The notes beneath the pieces were generated by a model that saw only the letters and a program-made list of their open reading frames with translations, did not search any database and was not told the origin of the DNA. The translations under genes and the position numbers were made by a program. Of a stretch of DNA of 50,708 nucleotides, positions 1 through 10,072 are shown one piece after another. The first letter of the stretch is position 1. Each line of letters begins with the position of its first letter. Source of the DNA: a virus (lineage: Duplodnaviria > Caudoviricetes); the IMG/VR virus record IMGVR_UViG_3300043414_000745, positions 1 to 50,708 of that record; one strand, written 5' to 3'.

Positions 1-1078
1 ATCCCGATGATTCAGAATCAAGTGCAAGCTGCTCAACAGTATGAGCCTGCTATGCAGAAACTACGGGCTGAGATATCGCCCAAAGATCAACAGCTCAATG
101 CGGATCTCTATGCGCAGTATGGGCCGCAGTTCGCAAAGACTGGATCTGACATTGCGCGGCAGAATGCCGAAGCTCAAGCGCAGACTGACCTTGGTGTTGT
201 AAGCGGCACCGGTCGAGATCTTGTGCGCGAGGCAATGAAGACTCAGCGCGAGGCTGATCCTGAAGCTTATCGTGCGCGTGAGTTAGCATTGCAGAATCTT
301 GAACAGCTTCAGGGATCTTTGACTGACCCCAACGCGGGCTTGAGCGGTGGCGAACGGGCTGAGGTTGATAGGTCGTTGGCGCGTGAGAACTTTGCACGAG
401 GCACTGGCGCTACGCCGACGGCTACTTCTACCGTGGCTAACGCGATGGCGTTCGGTGGCGCAGGCGAGGCTCGAAAGCAACAGCGGCAAAGCGCGATTGC
501 GAATGCGGCTCAGCTTGCAACGGGCGCAGTGCAGCCTTTGTCGTCGCGGATTGATACGTTCCAGATGACCACAGGCCGCCCTTCGATCAATCAAGGTGAG
601 GCTCGCACTGGGGCTGCGTCGCAGGTTGGGCAGGAGTCTAACGCAATGGGCATGAACTTGTTCGGCAATGCGAGTCAGATGCGCCAACAAGAGAATCAAC
701 TCAACGCGTCGCGTAAGACTGGTCTCGATCAGTTCTCGCAGGTCATGGGTTCTCTACCGTCTTGCTGCTGGACCTTTGCTGAGGCTTACTACGGCTGGGA
801 GAATATCCCCGATGCGGTTAAGGTCTCGCGTGACTTGCACTATACTCCTCGTATAAGGGAAGGCTATCGCATGATGAGTCGTTGGGTTATTCCCAAAATG
901 CAACAGTCTAAAGTCTGGCGCGCTATCGTCAATGCCCTTCTAATCAATCCAATGGCTTCTCATGCTGAGTGGTATGTCAACGGCAAAGGATTTGGATGGA
1001 TGTTCAGTCCCCTCCAGAAAACTTATCTCGCTTTGTGGGAGCATTACGGAGAACGCGCTGGCGTTCCTGCCACGGTAT
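1..1078. repeat. Terminal duplication, copy 1 (matches 49631-50708)
   Basis: Colinear with 49631-50708 with no indels; about 96 mismatches counted by hand over 1-951, then identical over 952-1078 (127 bp). Confidence 0.97.
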
Positions 1079-1131
1079 ACAACTTAAAGTTGGCCAGTGG
1101 GCCTTGGAACTCTGGCATTTACCCGCGCTGA
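7..1131 (+). CDS. Putative internal virion/ejection protein, 5'-truncated copy (true start at 49454), with C-terminal Cys-led helical domain resembling CFI-box-CTERM
   Basis: Gln/Ala/Gly-rich helical body; lies after the tail nozzle and before two other large Ala/Gly/Gln-rich ORFs; C-terminal CCWTFAEAYYG...SRD...GY...VIP...WRAIV...LLINP. Confidence 0.6.
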   Translation: MIQNQVQAAQQYEPAMQKLRAEISPKDQQLNADLYAQYGPQFAKTGSDIARQNAEAQAQTDLGVVSGTGRDLVREAMKTQREADPEAYRARELALQNLEQLQGSLTDPNAGLSGGERAEVDRSLARENFARGTGATPTATSTVANAMAFGGAGEARKQQRQSAIANAAQLATGAVQPLSSRIDTFQMTTGRPSINQGEARTGAASQVGQESNAMGMNLFGNASQMRQQENQLNASRKTGLDQFSQVMGSLPSCCWTFAEAYYGWENIPDAVKVSRDLHYTPRIREGYRMMSRWVIPKMQQSKVWRAIVNALLINPMASHAEWYVNGKGFGWMFSPLQKTYLALWEHYGERAGVPATVYNLKLASGPWNSGIYPR

Positions 1132-1367
1132 CTTACGTTCCGCCGCATCATCACGATTTTGATGGTAAGTTCTTTAAGCTCTTCGGAAAAGGGACAATCA
1201 ATAAAGGTCACATCACCAAGATGTGGCCTTTCTTTGATTTCCGAGTTTACAATATTCGGAAGGGCGAAAGACACTGGCTACAAAACGATAACCTTCCTTT
1301 GATTTTCGTCAACATTCAAAAACATACTGGCGCTGTGACAAGTGCTGGTGAGAACTTTGTAGAATAA
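1035..1367 (+). CDS. Cupin-like small protein (start uncertain; GTG at 1035 chosen)
   Basis: LWHLPALTYVPPHHH...FGKG...YNIRKGERHWLQN matches the two cupin motifs; fills the gap before 1373. Confidence 0.5.
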   Translation: MGALRRTRWRSCHGIQLKVGQWALELWHLPALTYVPPHHHDFDGKFFKLFGKGTINKGHITKMWPFFDFRVYNIRKGERHWLQNDNLPLIFVNIQKHTGAVTSAGENFVE

Positions 1368-1372
1368 ATATT

Positions 1373-2665
1373 ATGGCAAAAGATCCAATGTATTATGCTA
1401 ATAGGCATACTGCAAGAGCTCAAAATCGTACCGCAGGTGGAACTTCGTCTGTACCAGTCGCTGGTCGACACGGAGCCACGATAGACCTTTCTCCGCTTAA
1501 GGGTAAGACTGCGCCTAAAGGTGGCGCTGGTGGTTTAGAGTCTCGTCAAATCCCTGCAGCTATTCAAGAGGCTGGCCCTGAAGCTATGTCTGTCGAAGGT
1601 GGCGAGGCTTCTACTCAGCCCCAGATGGTCACTGAGACCCAACAGCCTATCGAGAATCGTGGCGGCTCTGCTCGCTACATGATTCAAGGTGGCGGTCCTA
1701 AGATTGATCTTAGCTTTCTTGTGCCTGAGCGTGCGAATAAAGAGTTTGATCCTAGCAAGGCTATTGGCGGAGAGAATCTGCCGTTTCAGGAATCTAAAGG
1801 CGTGGGCGGTTTCTTTCGTCGGATGCTTGGCGATGAGTCTAATCAACAGAACATTGCTGCACAGCAAGCTCAGGGTGCTGAGTGGCGACAGGAAGCTAAG
1901 GAACAGAAGATAGAGGAGCGTGCGTTGAATCGGATGCGTGAAGGTGATAAGCCCGCTGCTGAGAGATTTACTAGGCAGCTTGAGGAGAACAAAGCTATTC
2001 GAGGCGAAGAGTCTGCAACCAGACTTCGTGAGCGCGGTGAAGATACAGCAACTCGAAAGGGTGAACGTGAGCAGGATCGGACTGATCGTCTTGCTCGGGA
2101 AACTGAAGCAGAAAAAGTTAGGATCCAAGAGCGTCAAGATAGACTAGCTCAACAACTCCAAGAGAATGCTCTTAGAGATGCAGCCTTTGGGCAAAGTCAA
2201 TTGAATGCTAATAGGCCTTCTATGACTAGTTTGTCCGGTGGTGGATTGGCTGTGATGGATCCTCGCGCTGGATCTATTAATCTTGTAAATCCCGGAACTG
2301 TTGGTTTTGGAACTATGCCGGGCACTGCTCCATCTACGCGCCAGGTTTATCCGCAGGTTAAAGCTCCCGTTAATCCCGATGGTAGTGGCGGTCAAGTTGA
2401 TCGTGGTACAGGTGCTACGTTAGGCGGGCCTTTGCCTGTTGATGCGGGTGCTACTCCTGCGCCTCGCGTTACTCCTCCTCGATCAGGCTTGATGGATATG
2501 ATTGGTGCTGGCGCTGAGAATGTTGCAGGCGCTTTGGGTCTTGAAGGAATCTCACAAATTCCTGCTGAGCTAGGAGACTTGCTTACGCGTGATCCTAAGG
2601 AACTTGAAAAAACTGCACGTTCGCGTGCGCGTTACATGAATCCTTCCATGCAGCGAACTTACTAA
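1373..2665 (+). CDS. Putative internal virion (ejection) protein
   Basis: 430 aa, Gly/Ala/Pro-rich with a central charged coiled coil; between the other two ejection candidates. Confidence 0.55.
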   Translation: MAKDPMYYANRHTARAQNRTAGGTSSVPVAGRHGATIDLSPLKGKTAPKGGAGGLESRQIPAAIQEAGPEAMSVEGGEASTQPQMVTETQQPIENRGGSARYMIQGGGPKIDLSFLVPERANKEFDPSKAIGGENLPFQESKGVGGFFRRMLGDESNQQNIAAQQAQGAEWRQEAKEQKIEERALNRMREGDKPAAERFTRQLEENKAIRGEESATRLRERGEDTATRKGEREQDRTDRLARETEAEKVRIQERQDRLAQQLQENALRDAAFGQSQLNANRPSMTSLSGGGLAVMDPRAGSINLVNPGTVGFGTMPGTAPSTRQVYPQVKAPVNPDGSGGQVDRGTGATLGGPLPVDAGATPAPRVTPPRSGLMDMIGAGAENVAGALGLEGISQIPAELGDLLTRDPKELEKTARSRARYMNPSMQRTY

Positions 2666-2666
2666 C

Positions 2667-5600
2667 ATGACACAAGAACAATATCAATGGCTCAAGAATA
2701 ACGGATACGATCCGGCTGTTCATGACGTAGATGATCAGGGTAATATCTTTGAGAACCCTATTAATCAGCCGCAGCAGAAAGAAGTAATGTCGCCGCTTCG
2801 AGCGGGGCTTACTTCGTTTGCGGGTAACCTGTTGCCTAGTGCGGCTGGTCTTTATGCAGGTGCACAAGCTGGCGGTCTCGGTGGCTCGATGTTTGGACCT
2901 GTCGGCACTATCGTAGGCGGCATCGGTGGCGGTCTCGCTGGCGGCTATGGCGCGGGTAAGCTTCAGGAGAAAGCTCTTGAAGAGTTTGCTCCCGGTGCGG
3001 CTGAAGAGATGGCGAGGGCGCAACGTGATCAGCCTGTTGCTTCTTATGCTGGCGGATTTCTGCCTAACGCTTTGGCACTTAAGCCGTCGTTTGGCGGTAT
3101 CAAAGGACTTGCTGCGCCGTTGATGAGCATGGAGAAAGAAGCTGCCCGTGCGGCTTTCACTCCGGCAGCTCTTAACGTGGGAGCAAACGTAGCTGGCTCG
3201 ACGGCTGGACAGCTTATCGACGTGGCTCAAGGCGGAGAGTTCTCTGTGCCTCGATTCGCAGCGGACGTTGCGTTGGGAAGTGTCTTCTCTGATCCCAATA
3301 AGCTCGGTCGGCGTTTTGGATTGCAGGCTTTGAAACCTGATGTTGCTGCGCCTGAGCAAGCAATGGATCTTGGGGCGCTTCGTGCCACTGAGGGAATGAC
3401 TCCTAGTGAGGTTGAGATGTTTAAGACTCGACCTGAGATGGAATGGTGGAAGCAGCCTGAGTCTACACGTATCGAAGATATTAAAAAAATTGCCAAGCAA
3501 TCTAAAGCTGAGATGCCTAAAGGTATGGCTGAAGAGCTTGCTGGCTTGCCTGAGGTTTATGCTGTCATTCAGGATCCTAAGAAGTTTCCGGAGTTCTTAG
3601 CGTCTTCACTGGAAGAAGCTTTGAATGCGTCGCATGAGCGTTCTGTGCAGCGTAAGTTCTTGAGTCCTGAAGAGCGTGCAGACATTGCTCGGATGGATGA
3701 AAGCAAAAGTGCGTTGGCTGCGCAGAAAGGTACGCCTGAATATCGAGGCGAACAGATGGGTGCCTTGCGTGAGCGCTCTCAAGCTTTCACGCCTGAAGGC
3801 GGTAGTCGCGTGGCTCCTGAAAGCTGGACTCCTGAAGTCGCTAGACCTACTCGTGCGGCCGTCACGACCGAAGAGATCCTTGGGCGTCAGTCTCAAGCGG
3901 CTAAGCCTGTTGACGAAGGCATCTCACTAGAGCAAGCTCTCAAGCCTACGCCTGAAGAAGTTGCTAAGGCTGAGAAGATTCAAGCTGATAATGCTCGCGT
4001 TGAGGCTGAGCAGAATGCTGCTGAGATTCGGAAGATGCAGGATCTTGATGCCGCACAGGCGTTGAGTGATGAAGCTGCTGCGCGTTTGCAGAATTTACAG
4101 GCGCGTCAGGATGAGTTGCTGAAGCTTGCTCAGCGTGCGCCGTCTGTCGTTCGTAAAGGTGTTGCTGAACAAGGCGCACCAGACATCGCTCAAGCTAAAC
4201 AAGAACTCGCTGACGCGCGTGCTATTGCTGCGGATTTATACGCACGCTTACAGAAAGCTGGTGGCGAAGGCTTGATGAGTCAGGCTGATCTTGACGCAGC
4301 TACAAAGCTTGCAGCTCAACGAGGTTTGCGTGTTCTTACTGCTACGCCCGAGCAACAAGCTAAAGGCATTCGTGGCGCTTATGTCGTCAATGAGAATGGC
4401 GAACGTGTTATCTACATCAATCCTTTTGCGGCCACAGCCGACACTGCGATCCATGAAATCGGTCATGATGTGTTTAAGAGATCACCTAATGAACGGATGC
4501 GGCGGTCGCTGATGGACACTGCGATGGATTCTGAAACGTACAAGCGTGAGCTTGAGTATCGTTTGAAAGAAGGCAAGACACAAGATCAAGCTCAAGACCT
4601 TGCACTCGAAGAAGGTCTCGTTCAGGCCTTTGGCGAACAACATCCTAACGTCAAGCCCGGCGAGATTCGTCAGTGGTTTAATGCGCTCAAGTCTTCAGTG
4701 AAGAGCATGGTCGGGATGAAGATATCTCCTGAGGATGCGCTGGCTTGGATGCACTATGCTACGACTGAGGCTGTGCCTTGGAAGGGTGTAGCTGCAGCTA
4801 AAGCTCAAGCTCCTACAGAAGACACACTCAGTCAAGAGACTCGCTATCAGCGTGGACTTCTGGAAAAGATTCAGACTCCTTCAGAGATGGACGCTTTGAT
4901 TCAGAAAGGCGGACCGTTTGAGCGTGTTGGTAGCACGATACGTGATGCATCTAACACTCGCGACTATAAACAGGGCGAGTGGTCGAGCAAGTATTCTCTC
5001 GCTACTAAGTTGCGACCGGATGATCAAGTGCGTTTGTTTAATCACTTAGCACAGGAGTTTGATTCGGGCGTTCGTTCGGCCCCAGCGACAGAGCTTCGTG
5101 CTGCCTATGATCAACTGCGTAACGAGTATCTTCCGGCGATCGTTAACGACTATAACACAGAAGGCTTTACTGTGCGCGACACAGCAGGTCAGCGTGCGCG
5201 TGGCACTAATCCTACATACATTCCGTTGCACGCTATCGCGGATGAAGTCAAGACTATCCTTACAACGCTGCAAGGATCGCCTGAGTATAAAAAGCTTGAG
5301 AATGATTTTAAGCAATGGAACACGCAGCTTCGTCAGGCCGACGGCGCTACTCTTCAAGAAGCTCAGAACTACGCGAATGAGAAGTTTGAAGAGAAGATAC
5401 AGATCACAGCTAAGACACCCGGAATCGAGAGCGGCATTCCTTTCTCTGGTGCGCGTAAGCCTGAAGGTTATCCGTTGCCTCCCAGTTGGCGCAGTACGGA
5501 TTTAATTAGCAATCTCGACAACTATACGAAGCGATCTGCTACGGACTTTGCTTATCAGAAACACGTTGAGAGTTCGCCCGAAGCGATGGCTGCTCTAGGT

Positions 5601-7223
5601 GCAAAGACGATGGTGAATAACCAACCGATCCCAGCGAATATTCTTGCAGCTACACCTAACGTAATCAACAACGATAGCGTGCAGTCTGTGCTGCGTGAGT
5701 ATCGAGGCACACCGGCGCAGAAAAACGAGGGCGTGTTGTCGGGCATTGGGCGTTCGGTTAGTGCCGCGACAATAGGTCCTGTCTCAAAGGTGGGCGACAT
5801 TGGAACCTCCTTGATTAAGGGATTGGTTTATATGCCCGCTGGTGAATACACTTCAGGCTTGATTGACTTTACTAATCGGCTTGGAGATTGGGCGGCGTTG
5901 AAAGAACGCTCTTACGCGTCGGGCCTGAACAAACGAGATGCTGCTCAAAACATGCGTCAAGTTCTAGGAATCGCTGAGGATTCTGTAAACTTTATGGATA
6001 AGGTTGCCCGTGTGATCTCGAAGGGCACGGGGCTTAATCAGTTGGAATCTGTAGCGCGCACAGTAGCACAGGCTTGGGGCGAGACTGTTGTTAAATACAA
6101 CAAGACTCTTGCACTTGGTGGCGATAAGAACGCATTGCAGATGCTAGACACGCTCAGTCCTGACTGGCGTACTCGTTCGGACGCTGATCTATCGGCGCAA
6201 GTTGGACGTTTGCTGCAGGGTTCTTATGACATGCGACAACTTCCTGCTTCTGTTCTTGAGGGCGCGGCCGCTCCTTATCTGACGTGGAGCAAGTGGAGCA
6301 TTGGACAGTATGATTCGTTTGTCAAGTATGCTATGAAGCCTGCAATGCAAGGCAACGTCAAGCCTTTGATTGGGCAGATGCTGATTGGTGTGTTGGGCGG
6401 CGGAGCTGTTAGTGCGGTGCAGGAATGGTTGAACAACCGTCAAGGCAAAGACATATCGTGGAAAGAACTTGAGAGCTGGATGCAGCAGAATCAAGGGCAG
6501 CTTGGCTCTGATGGCGGGCAGCTTCTTGCGCAGAAACTTCTTACGATGGCACAGAAGCTAGGCACGTTCGGATTCGCTGGCGATATTGCAAAGATGACGG
6601 TGGATGCAGCGTCTGGTGGATCTGCTCAGGGCATAGCGACGATGCCTGCGCTAGATGCGATCTATGATGTGAGCAAGCGGGCTGCGGCAGCGGCTAAAGC
6701 ATTAGATGATGGTGAAGACTTTGGCTTGGTCTTGAAGGCTTTGCTTAAGGATTCAGTGATCGGACATATGCAGGTTGCTCGTGTGGCGCGTAACTGGTTA
6801 GATGAGGATGAGAATCTGCGCTATGATGATCGGCGTAGTCGACGGTTGTATGATGAGTTGTCGGGCTTGCCTAGTAAGGGCGGTGCGTTTGCTGTGAATT
6901 ATAGTAATTTGAGCGAGCGAGAATTTGAACGGGGAGATATTACGGAGAAGACCGGCGAAGAGGCATTTGATTTGGTATCGAGAGCGCGTGAAAGCGCAAC
7001 GTCACCAGAAGATTATGCGAGCCGGATTAGAAAGTTGAAGACGAGTCAGAATGCTATCATGCCCTCGATGGAAAGGCAGCCACAAAAGGCGGCGAGATAC
7101 CTGAGCTTTGTCGAAGGCGCAGAGTCAGGAAAGGGTGGCGAGACACTGAAGCGATACTATACACGACAGGATGAAGACAAGTATCGGAAGAGTTTGATTG
7201 AAGGAATGTCTGGGATAAGATAA
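2667..7223 (+). CDS. Large internal virion/ejection protein with zincin-like HExxH motif
   Basis: 1518 aa; last gene of the structural arm; glycine-zipper hydrophobic segments; IRGAY...IYINP...TAIHEIGH. Confidence 0.7.
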   Translation: MTQEQYQWLKNNGYDPAVHDVDDQGNIFENPINQPQQKEVMSPLRAGLTSFAGNLLPSAAGLYAGAQAGGLGGSMFGPVGTIVGGIGGGLAGGYGAGKLQEKALEEFAPGAAEEMARAQRDQPVASYAGGFLPNALALKPSFGGIKGLAAPLMSMEKEAARAAFTPAALNVGANVAGSTAGQLIDVAQGGEFSVPRFAADVALGSVFSDPNKLGRRFGLQALKPDVAAPEQAMDLGALRATEGMTPSEVEMFKTRPEMEWWKQPESTRIEDIKKIAKQSKAEMPKGMAEELAGLPEVYAVIQDPKKFPEFLASSLEEALNASHERSVQRKFLSPEERADIARMDESKSALAAQKGTPEYRGEQMGALRERSQAFTPEGGSRVAPESWTPEVARPTRAAVTTEEILGRQSQAAKPVDEGISLEQALKPTPEEVAKAEKIQADNARVEAEQNAAEIRKMQDLDAAQALSDEAAARLQNLQARQDELLKLAQRAPSVVRKGVAEQGAPDIAQAKQELADARAIAADLYARLQKAGGEGLMSQADLDAATKLAAQRGLRVLTATPEQQAKGIRGAYVVNENGERVIYINPFAATADTAIHEIGHDVFKRSPNERMRRSLMDTAMDSETYKRELEYRLKEGKTQDQAQDLALEEGLVQAFGEQHPNVKPGEIRQWFNALKSSVKSMVGMKISPEDALAWMHYATTEAVPWKGVAAAKAQAPTEDTLSQETRYQRGLLEKIQTPSEMDALIQKGGPFERVGSTIRDASNTRDYKQGEWSSKYSLATKLRPDDQVRLFNHLAQEFDSGVRSAPATELRAAYDQLRNEYLPAIVNDYNTEGFTVRDTAGQRARGTNPTYIPLHAIADEVKTILTTLQGSPEYKKLENDFKQWNTQLRQADGATLQEAQNYANEKFEEKIQITAKTPGIESGIPFSGARKPEGYPLPPSWRSTDLISNLDNYTKRSATDFAYQKHVESSPEAMAALGAKTMVNNQPIPANILAATPNVINNDSVQSVLREYRGTPAQKNEGVLSGIGRSVSAATIGPVSKVGDIGTSLIKGLVYMPAGEYTSGLIDFTNRLGDWAALKERSYASGLNKRDAAQNMRQVLGIAEDSVNFMDKVARVISKGTGLNQLESVARTVAQAWGETVVKYNKTLALGGDKNALQMLDTLSPDWRTRSDADLSAQVGRLLQGSYDMRQLPASVLEGAAAPYLTWSKWSIGQYDSFVKYAMKPAMQGNVKPLIGQMLIGVLGGGAVSAVQEWLNNRQGKDISWKELESWMQQNQGQLGSDGGQLLAQKLLTMAQKLGTFGFAGDIAKMTVDAASGGSAQGIATMPALDAIYDVSKRAAAAAKALDDGEDFGLVLKALLKDSVIGHMQVARVARNWLDEDENLRYDDRRSRRLYDELSGLPSKGGAFAVNYSNLSEREFERGDITEKTGEEAFDLVSRARESATSPEDYASRIRKLKTSQNAIMPSMERQPQKAARYLSFVEGAESGKGGETLKRYYTRQDEDKYRKSLIEGMSGIR

Positions 7224-7234
7224 AATTAAACAAC

Positions 7235-7274
7235 AAAAAACCCGCTCTGCTTATCACAGGGCGGGTTTTCTTTT
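7235..7274. terminator. Bidirectional intrinsic terminator between the two convergent arms
   Basis: AAAAAA CCCGCTCTG cttatca CAGGGCGGG TTTTCTTTT. Confidence 0.9.
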
Positions 7275-7276
7275 GG

Positions 7277-7579
7277 TTATCTAGTATAAGGCTCGCCGGG
7301 ATGTGCTTGCGCGTGTTCGGCAAAGCGTGCATAGGCGGCAAGATCGACGTAGTTATCGGGATGATAGACTCGCGTGGATCGTTGAATTTTAAATGCAACC
7401 ATCATAAGCTCGACGACGTGCGGCGGAATTACTGTGGGCAATGTGATGCCGTAATGTTGTTGAAGAATGCCCGTCCAGCTTAGGCCGATGTTGCTGTGGC
7501 TGTGGTGCGCTTCTCCGTAGATTTGACCGCGCTGTTGGATGGTTGATGAAACAATGTCTTCTGGCTTACTTAGCTCCAT
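7277..7579 (-). CDS. DUF6378-like protein (putative nucleotide pyrophosphohydrolase fold)
   Basis: QRGQIYG...NIGLSW...VELMMVAFKIQR...DNYVDLAAYA pattern. Confidence 0.75.
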   Translation of the reverse strand: MELSKPEDIVSSTIQQRGQIYGEAHHSHSNIGLSWTGILQQHYGITLPTVIPPHVVELMMVAFKIQRSTRVYHPDNYVDLAAYARFAEHAQAHPGEPYTR

Positions 7580-8825
7580 AATATTCTATGTTGTTTTCTT
7601 TTATCCGACATATACGATCCATCGTTATCAGATCATCTAAGACGCGAGTGAGTTCGTCTGGGGTTTTGATTGACTGATAGAAACGGATAAAGATTGATTT
7701 CTTGGTTATCTTGTTACAAGATTTGATATAGCGACAGATATCCTCTGTCAGCTTTGCACTCTCATTGCGGCCCATTCCTACGAAGGGAATGTGCATATCC
7801 TTTTCGAGCCGCGCAAGATGGGCTGTGGCGTTCTCTGCATCTTGTAGCGTTATCACCATGTCCGTCGTGCGGGCAAAGTGTATGGCAAAGAGGATCTTCT
7901 GATGATGGAGATTCTTGCGGCCATAGTATTCATCCAGCATCGGATGCTTGTTCGTATGGATTAGATTCGGATGCAGCTCGAAGTGATGGTGAATGTACTC
8001 TTTAGCTTCGTCGTTTAGAGTGACAGCTCCATAGACTTTTGTGAGTTCCCGGATGTAAGACTGAAGCCGAGCCTTAGCGGCTTTCTGGTCGTCGCTAAGC
8101 GGAGGAATGGAATATAAATGGAAACGCTTCTCGATCCCATAGACGATAATCGTACGTGCCATAAAACCGTCCGAGAGAATATCTTGATTCTGCAGACTTT
8201 GAAACTTGCCGAGTGTCGTGTTGCCGAGCAGACTGATACACATATTTGTGCAGAAGTCTGTATCGCTATGCTTAAGTTTTCGGACGTATTTCTTTCCACC
8301 GTTATAAGCTTCGAGAAGAAAGTCGGAGAGTTGCTCTGCATTTTTCTTAAAGATAGAGGTTAGCTCGTCGAGGATGAAGACGAGAGAGCTGTGATGATAT
8401 GCTTTTCTGCGATTCTCTGCGTCGATGTATCTGTGAAGATAAGCCACGCGCGAGGTCTCTTGCGTAAACTGTTCGAACGTGGTGCTGTTTGGTGCGATAT
8501 AGATCAAAGGTTGCCGTGCGCCTTTGCGATTTGTTTCTGCGTCTTCGCCGAGAAGTTCGGCGGCGAGATCATTCTCTGGTTCTTTGATGTCGGCTGGGAT
8601 TTCGAGTAGCTCTTTCATCGGGCTTGTGATGAGCGACTTGCCCGCCGAGGCAGGGCCGATGAATGCGATATACTGATTAGGGAATACTGCGTGGAAGTCT
8701 AAGTCTCCAAACCAAACGCGCCTCTGAAGGGCTGCGCCGATCATGAAATAGAAAGCAGCATCCACAAATGGTTGTGGGCTTTGTACGTCCTTTGTGTACA
8801 AGCACCAGTCTTCATAAAGGCTCAT
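7566..8825 (-). CDS. DUF3987/YfjI-like AAA+ replicative helicase
   Basis: Walker A GPASAGKS, Walker B FILDEL, GFMAR arginine motif; in the replication module. Confidence 0.75.
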   Translation of the reverse strand: MSLYEDWCLYTKDVQSPQPFVDAAFYFMIGAALQRRVWFGDLDFHAVFPNQYIAFIGPASAGKSLITSPMKELLEIPADIKEPENDLAAELLGEDAETNRKGARQPLIYIAPNSTTFEQFTQETSRVAYLHRYIDAENRRKAYHHSSLVFILDELTSIFKKNAEQLSDFLLEAYNGGKKYVRKLKHSDTDFCTNMCISLLGNTTLGKFQSLQNQDILSDGFMARTIIVYGIEKRFHLYSIPPLSDDQKAAKARLQSYIRELTKVYGAVTLNDEAKEYIHHHFELHPNLIHTNKHPMLDEYYGRKNLHHQKILFAIHFARTTDMVITLQDAENATAHLARLEKDMHIPFVGMGRNESAKLTEDICRYIKSCNKITKKSIFIRFYQSIKTPDELTRVLDDLITMDRICRIKENNIEYYGAK

Positions 8826-9039
8826 GCAAGTAAGCGAGTCTTACAGAGTTTTTGCGGATTTGTAGTGTGGTTATAACGTCGAAACCTTCAAGCTTCTCTA
8901 AGTTCGGATCGAACTCGCTGGGCAAGTGGGTCTCATGTACGATAACGACCGAGGGCGGCGGCAGGTTAGGCGGCCACTCTTTTACCTTTTCACGAACGGC
9001 ATTCGTGATCTGAGTGATTCGGTCGTTTGTCTGTCTCAT
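8812..9039 (-). CDS. Hypothetical protein
   Basis: 75 aa ORF tiling the operon, directly after a -24/-12 promoter candidate. Confidence 0.6.
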   Translation of the reverse strand: MRQTNDRITQITNAVREKVKEWPPNLPPPSVVIVHETHLPSEFDPNLEKLEGFDVITTLQIRKNSVRLAYLHEPL

Positions 9040-9057
9040 ATCTAGGTAGTGGGCGGG

Positions 9058-9073
9058 AGCTTTTCTTGGGCCG
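9058..9073 (-). promoter_or_regulatory. Sigma54-type -24/-12 promoter candidate
   Basis: Minus strand CGGCCCAAGAAAAGCT (GG-N10-GC); intergenic; near-copy of the 13408 site. Confidence 0.75.
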
Positions 9074-9076
9074 CTT

Positions 9077-10069
9077 TTAGGCTAGATCTCTCATCCCGTT
9101 TGGGTTCTCTTTAGAATACTTGCCCCAGTTCTTTCCGGCTTGGGCCTCTGATTTCATGGTGAAGTTTATTCCATCTCGGCCGGTGAGAGATATTGCGAGG
9201 CAATCCTGCATGAGCTTCGCTGTTGTGCCGATATCATTATCGAGAACCAGCGCCAGAAAAGAGTCATGTTTATTGTTAATCGCCGGTAGCGTATTGCTTG
9301 GGCGTTCTCTGTTATACCTATTAATCGCGGCGTGAGTGATACACCCCACGGTGGACTGAGGAATCCATGAGATGCCTTCCCTGATATAAGAGTCAGTAAT
9401 AGTTCTCTCGAACCTACGCGGATAACCAAATAGATTCCGGAGCTCACGTTTAGCTCTAATGTTAAATTCAATTTCATCTTGCCATTCTATGATTTCGGGG
9501 AACAGTGTTGCGAAGAATCCAAGAAAGACTTTGCATTCTTGGAGACTGAGAGTCAAGGTGCCGTGACTCTGTTTGAGTGTCTGAAGCTGGAAGGTCCGCT
9601 CACGCATTCTATAAGAGGAAGCATGGCAGACCATCTTGCCGATCTTGTATTCTTTATCGGAGGATTTGATTGCTTTATCGAGCGGCTTCCAGTCTGGATC
9701 TTTTCGGAGTTCGCTTGGACTTAGGCTTTTCCAATAGCTTGGACTTTTCCCGGCGAGTGGCCATTCGTTTTGCATACTCTCACAGAAGATATGCAGAGCG
9801 ATGAAGGTATGAGGCTTGATGCCTACGTTGAATAGCTCACGATACTTACCGGGGCGCGTGAGGTTGGCCACGATCAGAGCCTCTGCGCCGCTCTGGTCGC
9901 ACTGTACGAAGCTCAGACCGGCTGGGGCGATGTAGATATCGAGGGCTTCTTTATCTGGATTCTGGAGATTCGCTCCGTAGTCGCCGAGGAACTGTCCGCT
10001 TGCAAGTCGGAAGCTTCCTGTGCCTGCTACTTTAAGCGAGGTGAGACAGTGGATGTGAGGTTGTGGCAT
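9077..10069 (-). CDS. polA: DNA polymerase family A, C-terminal (palm/fingers) half
   Basis: GTGSFRLAS...NLQNP; motif A CDQSGAEAL; motif B GKMVCHASSY; motif C KHDSFL; GKNWG terminus. Confidence 0.9.
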   Translation of the reverse strand: MPQPHIHCLTSLKVAGTGSFRLASGQFLGDYGANLQNPDKEALDIYIAPAGLSFVQCDQSGAEALIVANLTRPGKYRELFNVGIKPHTFIALHIFCESMQNEWPLAGKSPSYWKSLSPSELRKDPDWKPLDKAIKSSDKEYKIGKMVCHASSYRMRERTFQLQTLKQSHGTLTLSLQECKVFLGFFATLFPEIIEWQDEIEFNIRAKRELRNLFGYPRRFERTITDSYIREGISWIPQSTVGCITHAAINRYNRERPSNTLPAINNKHDSFLALVLDNDIGTTAKLMQDCLAISLTGRDGINFTMKSEAQAGKNWGKYSKENPNGMRDLA

Positions 10070-10072
10070 AAG

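Noticed and set aside
1-1078. True T7-like direct terminal repeat
   Set aside because: Copies differ by about 10%, start mid-gene, and end in a 127-bp exact match typical of an assembly k-mer overlap
2595-3500. Long antisense ORFs (also 1535-2137, 35921-36667, 43034-43660, 49373-50329)
   Set aside because: Shadows of well-supported genes on the opposite strand, with no motifs
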